Shown here in pieces: positions 30,839-42,359 of a stretch of DNA of 64,000 nt. Under the pieces are notes generated by a model. That model saw only the letters and a list, made by a program, of their open reading frames with translations. It searched no databases and was not told where the DNA came from. Position 1 is the first letter of the stretch; each line of letters opens with the position of its first letter. Origin of the DNA: Bacteroidales bacterium (GTDB taxonomy: Bacteria > Bacteroidota > Bacteroidia > Bacteroidales > UBA7960). The stretch is from assembly GCA_003560165.1 (NCBI GenBank), contig PWJC01000161.1:2035-66034 (forward strand), in the 5' to 3' direction. The translations under genes and the position numbers were made by a program.

Positions 30839-32197
30839 ATGAAACGTTTTATCCAGACCTTAATCAATATTTACCGGATCGAAGATCTGCGCATCAGGAT
30901 CATCAACACCCTCGGCATTATTCTTATCTACAGGCTGGGGTCATTCGTTGTGCTCCCCGGCGTAGATCCGGGACAGCTGCAACAGCTCCAGGCCCAAACC
31001 CAGGATGGTTTGCTGGGGCTGCTGAATATGTTCTCTGGCGGTGCATTTTCCAATGCGTCCATTTTTGCACTTGGGATCATGCCCTACATCAGCGCCTCCA
31101 TTGTCATTCAGCTTATGGGTGTTGCCGTTCCCTATTTCCAGCGTCTTCAAAAAGAAGGGGAGAGCGGGAGGAAAAAGATCAACCAGATTACCCGTTACCT
31201 CACTGTATTTATTACGGCGGCCCAGGCTCCTGCCTATCTGGCTAACCTGGTGGCGCAACTCCCTGCCGAGGCCATATCGCCTTTCGATCCCGCTGCCGCC
31301 GGACCCTCGCTGTATTTTATGGTCTCTTCGGTGATCATTCTCATTTCGGGCACTATGTTTGTTATGTGGCTTGGCGAACGGATTACAGAGCGGGGCATTG
31401 GCAACGGTATTTCACTGATCATTATGATCGGTATTATCGCGAACCTTCCCTTTGCACTTTTTGCTGAGTTTGTTGCCCGCATGGAAGAAGCCGGGGGGGG
31501 GCTGGTGGTGTTTCTGATCGAATTGGTGGTGCTGATGGCCGTGGTGGTCATGGTGATCCTCCTGGTGCAGGGTACGCGGCGCATTCCGGTGCAGTTTGCC
31601 AAGCGGGTAGTGGGCAACCGCCAGTACGGCGGAGTACGGCAATACATTCCGCTTAAGGTGAATGCTGCCGGCGTTATGCCCATTATCTTTGCCCAGGCCA
31701 TCATGTTCATTCCGATTACACTTGCCGGCTTTTCGGAGGCATTGGGCGGTTTTGCAGCCATCATGTCGGATTTCACCGGGTTCTGGTACAACTTTACCTT
31801 TGCAGTACTCATTATTTTGTTCACTTATTTTTACACGGCCATTACGGTGAACCCGAATCAGATGGCCGAAGACATGAAGAAAAATGGCGGCTTTATCCCC
31901 GGTGTGAAACCCGGGAAGAGAACAGCTGAATTTATCGATAATGTCATGTCGAGAATCACCCTGCCGGGGTCACTGTTTCTGGCTTTTGTGGCCATTATGC
32001 CTGCCCTGGTCAGCCTGATGGGGGTTACGGGAGCCTTTGCCCAGTTTTTCGGAGGCACTTCCCTGCTGATCATGGTTGGGGTGGTACTGGATACCCTGCA
32101 GCAGATAGAAATTCATTTGCTGATGCGTCATTACGACGGACTGACCAAGTCGGGCCGCATCAAGGGACGGTCTTCACCAATCGGAATGACGGGCTAA
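30839..32197 (+). CDS. secY: Preprotein translocase subunit SecY
   Basis: SIFALGIMPYISASI, GIGNGISL, IPGVKPG, FGGTSLLIMVGV. Confidence 0.99.
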   Translation: MKRFIQTLINIYRIEDLRIRIINTLGIILIYRLGSFVVLPGVDPGQLQQLQAQTQDGLLGLLNMFSGGAFSNASIFALGIMPYISASIVIQLMGVAVPYFQRLQKEGESGRKKINQITRYLTVFITAAQAPAYLANLVAQLPAEAISPFDPAAAGPSLYFMVSSVIILISGTMFVMWLGERITERGIGNGISLIIMIGIIANLPFALFAEFVARMEEAGGGLVVFLIELVVLMAVVVMVILLVQGTRRIPVQFAKRVVGNRQYGGVRQYIPLKVNAAGVMPIIFAQAIMFIPITLAGFSEALGGFAAIMSDFTGFWYNFTFAVLIILFTYFYTAITVNPNQMAEDMKKNGGFIPGVKPGKRTAEFIDNVMSRITLPGSLFLAFVAIMPALVSLMGVTGAFAQFFGGTSLLIMVGVVLDTLQQIEIHLLMRHYDGLTKSGRIKGRSSPIGMTG

Positions 32198-32209
32198 AGG
32201 CTGTTGGGA

Positions 32210-33010
32210 ATGATCCATTACAAGTCGATCGAAGATATTGAATCAATACGCGAAAGTTCTTTACTTGTTGCCAAAACCCATGCGCTGCTAGCCATGGAGA
32301 TCCGTCCCGGGATCACTTCGCTGAGCCTGGACCGCCTGGCTGAGACCTTTATACGCGACCACGGCGGAGTGCCGGCATTCAAGGGGTATCAGGGATTCCC
32401 CTATACCCTGTGCGTGTCGCCCAACGAGGTGGTGGTGCATGGATTTCCCCGAAACGAACCCCTCAGGGAAGGAGACATCGTTTCGATCGACTGCGGAGTG
32501 CTGAAGAATGGGTTTTACGGAGATTCGGCCTATACGTTTGGCATCGGGGAGATCCCCTGTCCTGTGGCCCGCTTGCTCAGAACCACCTATGAGAGCTTGT
32601 ATTTGGGCATTGAGCAGTTGATGGTGGGAAACACCCTGGGTGATGTGTCGTGGACCATTCAGCGGCATGCAGAAAAGGCCGGTTATTCGGTCGTCAGGGA
32701 ATTGGTCGGACATGGATTGGGCCGGCAGTTGCACGAACCTCCGGAGTTGCCCAATTACGGGAAAAAGGGGCAGGGCGAACCGGTGAGGAACGGACTGGTA
32801 GTGGCCATTGAGCCCATGATCAACCAGGGAAGGCGCTTTGTCATGCAGGAAAGTGATGGCTGGACCATCCGCACTGCCGACAGAAAGCCCTCTGCACATT
32901 ACGAGCATACGGTGGCTGTGGTAAATGGCAAGGCAGAGATACTTTCGTCGTTTGAATTGATTGAACAGGCATTGAAGGAAAATAATCATAATTCGTTCAT
33001 CATTCGTTAG
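32210..33010 (+). CDS. map: Methionine aminopeptidase type I
   Basis: [32 protein letters not shown]; ATG 32210 (TTG 32204 is an alternative). Confidence 0.97.
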   Translation: MIHYKSIEDIESIRESSLLVAKTHALLAMEIRPGITSLSLDRLAETFIRDHGGVPAFKGYQGFPYTLCVSPNEVVVHGFPRNEPLREGDIVSIDCGVLKNGFYGDSAYTFGIGEIPCPVARLLRTTYESLYLGIEQLMVGNTLGDVSWTIQRHAEKAGYSVVRELVGHGLGRQLHEPPELPNYGKKGQGEPVRNGLVVAIEPMINQGRRFVMQESDGWTIRTADRKPSAHYEHTVAVVNGKAEILSSFELIEQALKENNHNSFIIR

Positions 33011-33015
33011 GGCAT

Positions 33016-33234
33016 ATGGCAAAACAGGCATCAATACAACAGGACGGAACGGTTATCGAATCTTTGGGTAACGCCATGTTCCGCGTAGAACTTGAAAACG
33101 GGCACATTATTACGGCCCATATTTCGGGAAAGATGCGAATGCATTACATCAAGATACTGCCCGGCGACAAAGTGAAAGTGGAAATGTCGCCCTATGATCT
33201 TACGAAGGGTCGCATATCTTTCAGGTATAAATAA
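33016..33234 (+). CDS. infA: Translation initiation factor IF-1
   Basis: [20 protein letters not shown]. Confidence 0.99.
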   Translation: MAKQASIQQDGTVIESLGNAMFRVELENGHIITAHISGKMRMHYIKILPGDKVKVEMSPYDLTKGRISFRYK

Positions 33235-33278
33235 AGGAGTTGCATCAGTACATAAAACCAGTTATAAATCCAGAAGAA

Positions 33279-33395
33279 ATGAAAGTCAGGGTATCGGTCA
33301 AGAAAAGAAGTTCCGATTGCAAGATCGTCCGCAGGAAAGGGAAGATCTATGTCATTAACAAAAAGAATCCCAAGTTCAAGCAACGTCAGGGATAA
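33279..33395 (+). CDS. rpmJ: 50S ribosomal protein L36 (38 aa, C- form; below the ORF-track cutoff)
   Basis: Hand-translated: [38 protein letters not shown]. Confidence 0.97.
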   Translation: MKVRVSVKKRSSDCKIVRRKGKIYVINKKNPKFKQRQG

Positions 33396-33426
33396 AAATT
33401 GGCAAACAACACAAAGAAACACATTT

Positions 33427-33804
33427 ATGGCACGTATAGCTGGAGTTGATATTCCAAGAAACAAAAGAGGCGTTATCAGCCTTACCTACATATTCGGGAT
33501 AGGTCAGAGCAATGCCCGGAAGATCCTTGAAATGGCGGGGGTTGACCCCGATATTAAGGTGGATGACTGGGACGATCAGCAGCTGACAAACGTCCGCAAC
33601 ATCATCAATGAGCACTTCAAGGTAGAAGGCTCATTGCGTTCGGAAGTACAGATGAACGTCAAAAGGCTGATGGACATTGGCTGCTACCGGGGTATCCGTC
33701 ATCGCATCGGGCTGCCGCTGCGGGGACAAAAAACAAAGAACAACGCAAGGACGCGCAAAGGCAAGAAGAAAACCGTTGCCAACAAGAAAAAAGCTACCAA
33801 ATAA
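33427..33804 (+). CDS. rpsM: 30S ribosomal protein S13
   Basis: [30 protein letters not shown]; ATG at 33427. Confidence 0.99.
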   Translation: MARIAGVDIPRNKRGVISLTYIFGIGQSNARKILEMAGVDPDIKVDDWDDQQLTNVRNIINEHFKVEGSLRSEVQMNVKRLMDIGCYRGIRHRIGLPLRGQKTKNNARTRKGKKKTVANKKKATK

Positions 33805-33826
33805 TCATTGAAGACAGCAGGATAAC

Positions 33827-34225
33827 ATGGCAAAGTCAACCAAAGGCACCAGGAGTGCCAAAAAACGAGTGGTAAAGGTAGAGCCTGTGGGTCAGGCGCA
33901 TATTTTTGCCTCTTTCAATAACATCATCATTACCCTGACCAACCAGCAGGGCCAGGTCATATCCTGGTCATCGGCAGGAAAAATGGGCTTCCGGGGTTCG
34001 AAAAAGAACACCCCCTATGCCGGTCAGACCGCCGCCAGCGATGCGGCAAAAATTGCCTATGACCAGGGTCTTCGCAAGGTCAAGGTTTTCATTAAAGGAC
34101 CCGGCTCGGGTCGGGAATCAGCCATACGTACTCTGCATTCGTCCGGGCTGGAAGTAACCGAGATCATGGACGTAACCCCGCTGCCGCACAATGGCTGCCG
34201 TCCGCCCAAGAGAAGAAGGGTATAA
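33827..34225 (+). CDS. rpsK: 30S ribosomal protein S11
   Basis: [23 protein letters not shown]. Confidence 0.99.
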   Translation: MAKSTKGTRSAKKRVVKVEPVGQAHIFASFNNIIITLTNQQGQVISWSSAGKMGFRGSKKNTPYAGQTAASDAAKIAYDQGLRKVKVFIKGPGSGRESAIRTLHSSGLEVTEIMDVTPLPHNGCRPPKRRRV

Positions 34226-34268
34226 GCCCCTTTGTATTTGTTAATCATTTCAGAATCAATTAATAAAC

Positions 34269-34877
34269 ATGGCACGTTATTTAGGTCCAACAACCAAAAT
34301 TGCCCGTAAGTTTGGTGATCCCATTTTCGGTGCGAGCAAATCATTTGAAAAGAAAAATTACCCTCCCGGTCAGCATGGCCAGATGAAAAAAAGGAGGAAA
34401 AAGTCGGAGTACGGCATCCAGCTTATGGAGAAGCAGAAAGCCAAATATACCTACGGACTCCTGGAGAAGCAATTTGCCAATACGTTCAAAAAAGCAGTAA
34501 GCCAGAAAGGGATTACCGGCGAGATACTGCTTCAGTTGTTGGAGGCCCGTCTTGACAATGTGGTTTTCAGGCTGGGTATTGCCCCCACCCGTCGTGCTGC
34601 CAGGCAGCTTGTCGGCCACAAACATATCACGGTGAACGGAAATATCGTGAACATTCCCTCTTACAGTATACGTCCAGGCGACATCGTTGGCGTGCGTGAG
34701 AAATCAAGGAGCCTGGAAGCCATCGCAGACAGCCTTTCTTCCAGATCAGCCTCGGCCTATTCATGGCTCGAATGGGACAAGGACAACCACAAAGGCAAAT
34801 TCCTGAATTATCCCGAGCGGGATGTCATTCCTGAGAACATCAAGGAGCAGCTCATTGTGGAATTGTATTCCAAGTAA
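34269..34877 (+). CDS. rpsD: 30S ribosomal protein S4
   Basis: [28 protein letters not shown]. Confidence 0.99.
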   Translation: MARYLGPTTKIARKFGDPIFGASKSFEKKNYPPGQHGQMKKRRKKSEYGIQLMEKQKAKYTYGLLEKQFANTFKKAVSQKGITGEILLQLLEARLDNVVFRLGIAPTRRAARQLVGHKHITVNGNIVNIPSYSIRPGDIVGVREKSRSLEAIADSLSSRSASAYSWLEWDKDNHKGKFLNYPERDVIPENIKEQLIVELYSK

Positions 34878-34913
34878 AGTCCGTTATCTTTTTCAAAACA
34901 AAAACCTATTATA

Positions 34914-35906
34914 ATGGCAATCTTAGCTTTTCAGAAACCAGACAAGGTGATCATGCTTGAATCGGACGAGCGCCTGGGAAAATTTGAATTCAGGCCGCTG
35001 GAACCGGGTTATGGAATTACCATTGGCAATGCGCTCCGGAGAATTCTGCTGTCTTCCCTTGAAGGGTTTGCCATTACCTCAGTTAAGTTCGACGGGGTTG
35101 ATCATGAATTTTCTACCATCAAGGGCGTAGTTGAAGACGTCACCGAGATCATCCTGAATTTGAAGCAGATTCGATTCAAAAGCCAGGTGGCCGATGCCGA
35201 AGCTGAAAAGTTTTCCATCAAGATCACCGGTAAGGATCAGTTTACCGCCGGCGACATGAACCAGTCACTGGCCAATTTTCAGGTTTTGAATCCCGAGGTG
35301 GTCATCTGCAACATGGAGACTTCCGTTGACCTGAACATGGAATTTACTCTTGAGAAGGGACGAGGCTATGTGCCAGCCGAGGAGAACAAGGGGCTCAATC
35401 CTGTAGTCGGGCTCATCGCTGTTGATTCCATTTTTACCCCCATCAAGAATGTGACGTATCAGATCGAGGATTACAGGGTGGAGCAAAAAACAGACTACGA
35501 AAAGCTGATCATAGAAATACTTACCGACGGCTCCATCTCCCCCAAGGAGGCGCTCAAGGAGGCTGCCCGTATCCTGATCCTGCATTTTATGCTGTTCTCC
35601 AATGAGAAGATCACCCTGGATACCGAAGAGAAGGCCAGCAGCGAAGAGTTTGATGAAACATCGCTGCATATGCGGCAGCTGCTGAAAACCAAACTGGTTG
35701 ATCTGGACCTGTCTGTCAGGGCCCTGAATTGCCTGAAGGCAGCCGATGTGGAAACGCTTGCCGACCTGGTTTCCCTTAACAAACATGACCTGTTGAAATT
35801 CAGGAATTTTGGAAAGAAATCACTGACAGAGCTGGAAGAACTGATTAAATCAAAAAACCTGAGCTTTGGGATGAACCTTTCCAAGTACAAATTAGATAAG
35901 GAATAA
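34914..35906 (+). CDS. rpoA: RNA polymerase subunit alpha
   Basis: [38 protein letters not shown]. Confidence 0.99.
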   Translation: MAILAFQKPDKVIMLESDERLGKFEFRPLEPGYGITIGNALRRILLSSLEGFAITSVKFDGVDHEFSTIKGVVEDVTEIILNLKQIRFKSQVADAEAEKFSIKITGKDQFTAGDMNQSLANFQVLNPEVVICNMETSVDLNMEFTLEKGRGYVPAEENKGLNPVVGLIAVDSIFTPIKNVTYQIEDYRVEQKTDYEKLIIEILTDGSISPKEALKEAARILILHFMLFSNEKITLDTEEKASSEEFDETSLHMRQLLKTKLVDLDLSVRALNCLKAADVETLADLVSLNKHDLLKFRNFGKKSLTELEELIKSKNLSFGMNLSKYKLDKE

Positions 35907-35911
35907 TTGAA

Positions 35912-36691
35912 ATGAGACACAGAAAGAAATTCAACCATCTTGGAAGAAAAGCGGCCCATCGGAAGGAGACCTTGTCGAGCATGGCCACGGCGCTGATCCT
36001 CCATAAACGGATCAATACCACCCTGGCAAAGGCCAAAGCCCTCAGAGTATATGTAGAGCCCCTGATCACCAAATCAAAAGAAGATTCCACCCATTCGCGA
36101 CGTGTTGTCTTCTCTTATTTGCGCAACAAGTATGCCGTCAGCGAGCTGTTTCGCGAGGTGTCACAAAAAGTAGCCGATCGTCCCGGCGGATATACCCGGA
36201 TTTTAAAAACCGGTTTTCGCAAGGGAGATGCTGCCGAAATGTGCTTTATCGAATTGGTCGATTACAATGCTCATATGTTCAAAACCGAAGAGGACGCTCA
36301 GCAGAAACGTACCCGCAGGGGCAGGAGGGGAGGCAAAAAAGCCGGCGACGACGCTACGGTCAAACCCTCTGCAGAGAAGGCAGTAACGGCACCCACCGGC
36401 AAAGAAAAGCCTGAAGCCCCTGTAAGTGACAAAGCAGAGGCTCCCGAAACCCAGGCTCCTGAGGCCCCTTCGATTGAAACCCCGGAAGCTCCTGAAACTG
36501 CAGGGCCCGAAGCTCCCCAAACGGAAGCCCCCGAGGCCCCCGAAAAGGAGAGTCCGGAAACTCCTGAAAAGGAGGAGAGCCCGGAAAGCCCTGAAAAGGA
36601 GGAAGACCCGGAAACCCCAAAGCCTGCCGGTGAGAAAGCCCCCGGCGAGGAAAAAGACAAAGGCGGAGACGAAGAAATCGAAAAAAAGTAA
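35912..36691 (+). CDS. rplQ: 50S ribosomal protein L17 with a long C-terminal extension
   Basis: [27 protein letters not shown] core (~118 aa), then a ~140-aa low-complexity tail. Confidence 0.97.
   Translation: MRHRKKFNHLGRKAAHRKETLSSMATALILHKRINTTLAKAKALRVYVEPLITKSKEDSTHSRRVVFSYLRNKYAVSELFREVSQKVADRPGGYTRILKTGFRKGDAAEMCFIELVDYNAHMFKTEEDAQQKRTRRGRRGGKKAGDDATVKPSAEKAVTAPTGKEKPEAPVSDKAEAPETQAPEAPSIETPEAPETAGPEAPQTEAPEAPEKESPETPEKEESPESPEKEEDPETPKPAGEKAPGEEKDKGGDEEIEKK
36407..36622 (+). repeat. Nine degenerate tandem 24-27-nt (8-9 aa) repeats, xPE(A/T/S)Pxxx, in the L17 tail
   Basis: [72 protein letters not shown]. Confidence 0.9.
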
Positions 36692-36715
36692 GTTGTTCGT
36701 CTTCTTTGCCCACGA

Positions 36716-36754
36716 AAGGATAAAGTGACCACGGGTGCTTTGTCCTTTTTTTTT
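36716..36754 (+). terminator. Intrinsic terminator of the ribosomal cluster
   Basis: AAAGGATAAAG...CTTTGTCCTTT stem followed by a T-run. Confidence 0.75.
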
Positions 36755-36771
36755 ATCCGCCTGTTTGTTAA

Positions 36772-38109
<1,338 letters not shown>

Positions 38110-38134
38110 GTCGGCCCTGCCGGCAGACGAACAG

Positions 38135-38169
38135 ACCTTCCCTGCTTTATGCGGGGAAGGTTTTTTTTT
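38135..38169 (+). terminator. Intrinsic terminator after eno
   Basis: ACCTTCCCTGC-TTTAT-GCGGGGAAGG followed by T9. Confidence 0.85.
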
Positions 38170-38325
38170 GGCTTTGGGTTGGGGGTGCAATTCACGGCCA
38201 TATTAATTTAATGTTAAGCATTGGATTTTATTTGCCTTACCCTACACCATCAATTAAAAAATCCTTAATATTGTCACTGCATCCGGACTGCGTCCCGGCT
38301 TCCTGTCCAATTAACGGAAGGCATT

Positions 38326-40026
38326 ATGAATTTTGGTTTCTTTGACTTCCTTACCCTCTTCGGGTCGTTGAGTTTGTTCCTTTTCGGGATGAAGACCATG
38401 AGCGAGGGTATACAGAAGTTTGCCGGCGACAAAATGCGGTCGATCCTCTCGGCCATGACCTCCAACCGCTTTGTGGGGATGTTTACCGGCTTCCTGCTGA
38501 CTACCCTGGTCCAGTCGTCCTCTGCCTCTACGGTGATGGTGGTCAGTTTTGTGAATGCCGGCCTGATGTCGCTCACGCAGTCTATCGGGGTGATCATGGG
38601 AGCCAATATTGGCACCACCACCACGGCATGGCTGATCTCCCTGCTTGGATTCAAGCTGACGATATCGGCGTATTCCATTCCGCTGATCGGCATCAGTTTC
38701 CCGCTTTTGCTCAGTTCGAAAGAACGCCTTAACTCGATGGGGCAGATCTTCCTTGGCTTTGCCCTGCTGTTCCTGGGATTGGATTTCCTGAGAGGATCGG
38801 TGCCTGATCTGGCGACCAATCCAGAAATGTTCCAGGCCCTGCAGAACCTGACCGGTTACGGGGTTTACAGCACATTCATATTCCTTGGCCTGGGAACGCT
38901 GCTGACCATTGTGCTTCAATCGTCCAGTGCCACCATGGCTCTGGTACTGGTCATCACCAATCAGGGGTGGATCGGTTTTGAGCATGGGGCAGCCATTGTC
39001 TTGGGCGAGAACATCGGCACCACCATTACCGCCAACCTGGCTGCCATTGTGGGCAATGTGTATGCAAAGCGAACGGCACTGGCCCATACGGTGTTCAACA
39101 TCATCGGCATCATTTGGATGCTGCTCATATTCCGGTTCTTTATCGGGCAGATCGATTATTTCATGGTCTATTTCGGATTGGAATCCCCGCTGCTGGCTCC
39201 CACCATGATCCCGATAGGGTTATCCATCTTTCACACGGTGTTCAATATCACCAATACCCTTTTGTTGATCGGCTTTATCAAATACCTTGTAAGTTTTGTG
39301 GAATACCTGCTACCCTCAAGGGGCAAGAAGTTCGAACGCCCCCATCTGGAGTATTTCAGCAGCGGTTTCCTTCACATGGCCGAGCTTTCTGTTTTCCAGG
39401 CCAAGAAAGAGGTCAGGAAGTTCTGCGAACTGGCCCAGCGCATGTTCAATTTCATTCCCGCACTGATCATAGAAACCGACAAAAAGGAGTACCAGAATAT
39501 CTTGCAGAAGGTAAGCAAGTACGAGGAGATCACCGACAGGGTAGAGGTGGAGATCACCACTTTCTTGATCAAGATAAGCCGGAAACAGTTGAGTATCCAG
39601 GCATCCGAAGATCTCAGGCGCATGCGGCTGGTCAGCAGCGAGGGGGAAAAGATCGGAGACGTGTGTTTCAAAATGTCCAGCTTGCTCGCCGAGAAAAAGA
39701 AGGAAAAGATCTATTTTACCCCGGCCCAGCGAAGCGATCTGTTCGAAATGTTCAAACTGGTCAACAATGCGTTTGAACTCATGCAGGGAAACCTGCAGAA
39801 AAGCACCCCGGAGGCCCGGAAGGGACTTTCTGCCGCCATCGAACTGGAGAGAAAGATCAATGCATTCCGCGATCAGGTAAGGGATACCGTGATCGTTGAT
39901 ATGGAAAAGGATCCCAGTCAGGTAAAAAGCGCCTTCTACTTCAACAAGCTCATCACTTCCTGCGAAAAGATCGGCGATGCCATTTTGAACATCAACGAAG
40001 CTGTGGCCGGGGTCAATGTGGAGTAA
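38326..40026 (+). CDS. Na+/phosphate cotransporter (NptA/PNaS family) with a PhoU-like C-terminal domain
   Basis: Two QSSSA repeats, GANIGTT and GENIGTT; helical cytoplasmic C-terminus with two EKIGD motifs. Confidence 0.93.
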   Translation: MNFGFFDFLTLFGSLSLFLFGMKTMSEGIQKFAGDKMRSILSAMTSNRFVGMFTGFLLTTLVQSSSASTVMVVSFVNAGLMSLTQSIGVIMGANIGTTTTAWLISLLGFKLTISAYSIPLIGISFPLLLSSKERLNSMGQIFLGFALLFLGLDFLRGSVPDLATNPEMFQALQNLTGYGVYSTFIFLGLGTLLTIVLQSSSATMALVLVITNQGWIGFEHGAAIVLGENIGTTITANLAAIVGNVYAKRTALAHTVFNIIGIIWMLLIFRFFIGQIDYFMVYFGLESPLLAPTMIPIGLSIFHTVFNITNTLLLIGFIKYLVSFVEYLLPSRGKKFERPHLEYFSSGFLHMAELSVFQAKKEVRKFCELAQRMFNFIPALIIETDKKEYQNILQKVSKYEEITDRVEVEITTFLIKISRKQLSIQASEDLRRMRLVSSEGEKIGDVCFKMSSLLAEKKKEKIYFTPAQRSDLFEMFKLVNNAFELMQGNLQKSTPEARKGLSAAIELERKINAFRDQVRDTVIVDMEKDPSQVKSAFYFNKLITSCEKIGDAILNINEAVAGVNVE

Positions 40027-40037
40027 CCAGTTGCCTG

Positions 40038-41477
40038 CTATTCATTGAGCCATTGGGGCAATACGGTTTCCTTCCATACTTCCTTTTCCCGCTCAAAGCG
40101 TTCCATGTCGAGTCCCAGGTATTCCTGTGCCTTTTCCTTGGTCGACAGGTCGGGCATTTTAATGGGATAGTCCACCCCGTATTTCCTGTAGACGGAGGTG
40201 AGTTTCAGGCTGGCTTCCTGTGCTTTCTGAATGGAGGTTGCCAGCACCCTCAGTGATTCAGAAGGGGAGTGGAAGCCCATGGAGTTGGCGGCCGCTACCC
40301 AGTCCCACCTCCACTGTGAGTGCCTGATAAGCTGCAATATGGGATCCATCTCTTCCTGGGTGGCCCCGGCTTCCCAGGCATGACTGGCTTCTATGTGCAC
40401 CCGGGCCAGGTTTTTCTCTGCAATGCGCCGCAACTCGCTTACCCTGTCCTGTTGCTGGTACACCCGCGAAATAAGGGCATCCTCGTCTTCGCGGTGGCAA
40501 ACCATGCAGGAAACATCCACCTTGTCGAGGGGGCTGACAATGTGATGATCGGTGAATTTGATCCCGCCTTCGCGCATATAGGGCATGTGGCAGTCGGCAC
40601 AGGAAACATCGCGCTGGGCATGTATGCCCGTCATATAGAGTTCGTAATCGGGATGCTGTGCGGCCAGCATGGGCGCACGGCTCAATGCGTGCACCCAGTC
40701 GACATGGTCGATGCTGTCTTTGTAATACTCCATCTGGTCGGCCGAGAAGCCGTGATCCCATGGGAATACCAGGTAATTGTCTTCGGTAAAGTAATATTCT
40801 ACATGGCATTGGGCACATACCAGTGAGCGCATATCGTGGCGGGTGAAATCGTCCATGTTCTTGCCTCTTCGCTCAAAGGCCTCGGTAAGGGCCGGTCGGG
40901 TGATCCTCAGGTTCATGGTTTGCGGATCGTGGCAGTCCTGGCAGCCGATGTGGTGCTGAATGTTCGGACCCATCTCCGACCAGCTTTGTGCGTAGAATTC
41001 CCCCACCCCGAGTTCATGCATCATCCGGGGTACATCGGTGCTCTTGCATGTCCAGCAGGTGGCCGGCTGGGGAACACCGGTTCGCAGGGTGTTGTGCACA
41101 TCGGTGACCGAATAATAGTGCCCCCTGCCCTGATTGTAATCGCGGGCAAAGGCATACCCGGCCCACATGACCACCAACTCAGGATACCTTTCGAGGTAGT
41201 CGATCATCACCGAGCCGTAGTAGCGGGTCTTGAGGGTCGTATCACGGGTCAACAGGTATCTTTCGTATTGCCTCGGAAAATTCGCACCCCAGACAGCGTT
41301 GTCAGGCTCCCACTCCGGAATGGGGCTTACCATCTGAAAATACAGCTGGGCCTCGCTGCGCCTTTCAACAATGGTGGCGGCAAACAGCCCAATGATGAAC
41401 ACGATCACCACAGTAGCGAAAAACAGGACCCAGTTGATCCACGGTTTTTCCTTGGAGAGTTCTCTAATATTTTTCAT
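40038..41477 (-). CDS. nrfA: Pentaheme cytochrome c nitrite reductase (ammonia-forming), catalytic subunit
   Basis: CWTCK plus four CxxCH (CQDCH, CAQCH, CADCH, CMVCH), RGH, CHVEYY, QWRWD; N-terminal membrane anchor. Confidence 0.96.
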   Translation of the reverse strand: MKNIRELSKEKPWINWVLFFATVVIVFIIGLFAATIVERRSEAQLYFQMVSPIPEWEPDNAVWGANFPRQYERYLLTRDTTLKTRYYGSVMIDYLERYPELVVMWAGYAFARDYNQGRGHYYSVTDVHNTLRTGVPQPATCWTCKSTDVPRMMHELGVGEFYAQSWSEMGPNIQHHIGCQDCHDPQTMNLRITRPALTEAFERRGKNMDDFTRHDMRSLVCAQCHVEYYFTEDNYLVFPWDHGFSADQMEYYKDSIDHVDWVHALSRAPMLAAQHPDYELYMTGIHAQRDVSCADCHMPYMREGGIKFTDHHIVSPLDKVDVSCMVCHREDEDALISRVYQQQDRVSELRRIAEKNLARVHIEASHAWEAGATQEEMDPILQLIRHSQWRWDWVAAANSMGFHSPSESLRVLATSIQKAQEASLKLTSVYRKYGVDYPIKMPDLSTKEKAQEYLGLDMERFEREKEVWKETVLPQWLNE

Positions 41478-41540
41478 GCGCTTATAATATTATAGTTCGG
41501 TAATGCGAGATGTTGAATAGGTTTAAAAGTTTAATGATCA

Positions 41541-41614
41541 GGGGTTTAAGATTATAACCCCCTTCAACTTTTCAACTCATTACTCACCACTCACCACTTT
41601 CCTTCCACCTTCCG
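41541..41614. repeat. Degenerate ~7-nt tandem repeat plus hairpin between nrfH and nrfA
   Basis: Minus strand reads CGGAAGG TGGAAGG AAAGTGG TGAGTGG TGAGTAA TGAGTTG AAAAGTTG, then a GGGGTT...AACCCC stem. Confidence 0.6.
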
Positions 41615-41634
41615 TCTTCTCTCTGTTGCTCCTT

Positions 41635-42264
41635 TCATTTTGGGTATTCGACAGCTTTGGGTGTGTGCATGGGATCACCACCGCTTAGTTTAATGAGCCA
41701 CGAAGGCAATACGGAGGGCAGTCTTTCTACCAGCGAGTGGGGTGTTGAGGCCAAGCTTCTGAGCGTTCCATGAGGTGTTTCGCGGTGGCAGTCCCAACAC
41801 ACCTTTCCTTCGCCTTTTTTGGCGGCTGATCCGGTCACTTCTACCAGTTGTACCATGTCGACCAGGTCAATATGGCAACGGATGCAATTGGCCTGGACCA
41901 CATTGGTCCCCCTTTCCTTGATCCGGATCACCTGGGGTTCCCAGCGAAAGGTAAAATAGGTGGCGTGGGCCAGACCATCGGCGGCCTTTATGTAATACCG
42001 GCTGAATACGTTATCCTGTGGCACATGGCAGTCGGCACAAGTGGCCTCGCGTCCATGGCTGCTTTTATCCCATGAGGCGAAAAAGGGATACATGACATGG
42101 CAGTTGATGCAGGTTTCCGGTTCGTCCGATAAATAGGAAACGGCATTGGAAACGTGAACTATCAGCAGCAGGATACCGGCGAAGATACCTGCAAGTATGA
42201 TGACGGTAAGGCGCCAGTTTTCGGGTGGAAGAATGAAACGGCCCAGGTTTTTGACAGGTTTCAT
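41635..42264 (-). CDS. nrfH: Tetraheme quinol dehydrogenase, NrfA membrane partner (NapC/NirT family)
   Basis: TM helix, SYLSDEPETCINCHVM, CADCHVP, CIRCH, CWDCHRETPHG; start likely ATG 42264. Confidence 0.95.
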   Translation of the reverse strand: MKPVKNLGRFILPPENWRLTVIILAGIFAGILLLIVHVSNAVSYLSDEPETCINCHVMYPFFASWDKSSHGREATCADCHVPQDNVFSRYYIKAADGLAHATYFTFRWEPQVIRIKERGTNVVQANCIRCHIDLVDMVQLVEVTGSAAKKGEGKVCWDCHRETPHGTLRSLASTPHSLVERLPSVLPSWLIKLSGGDPMHTPKAVEYPK

Positions 42265-42359
42265 TGTACTCTGGAGTGAACTTGACCTATTTAAAGACAA
42301 TGAGTACTTAAATATACGAAAAAAACCCGGTTAAACAAGAGCAATCGCCCCTTAAGGCC

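Noticed and set aside
31493-31501. G9 tract in secY
   Set aside because: It encodes a Gly-Gly-Gly loop in an essential gene, so phase variation is implausible
36407-36622. Periodic repeat as a CRISPR-like array
   Set aside because: The units are in-frame coding repeats with no unique spacers, and no cas genes are present
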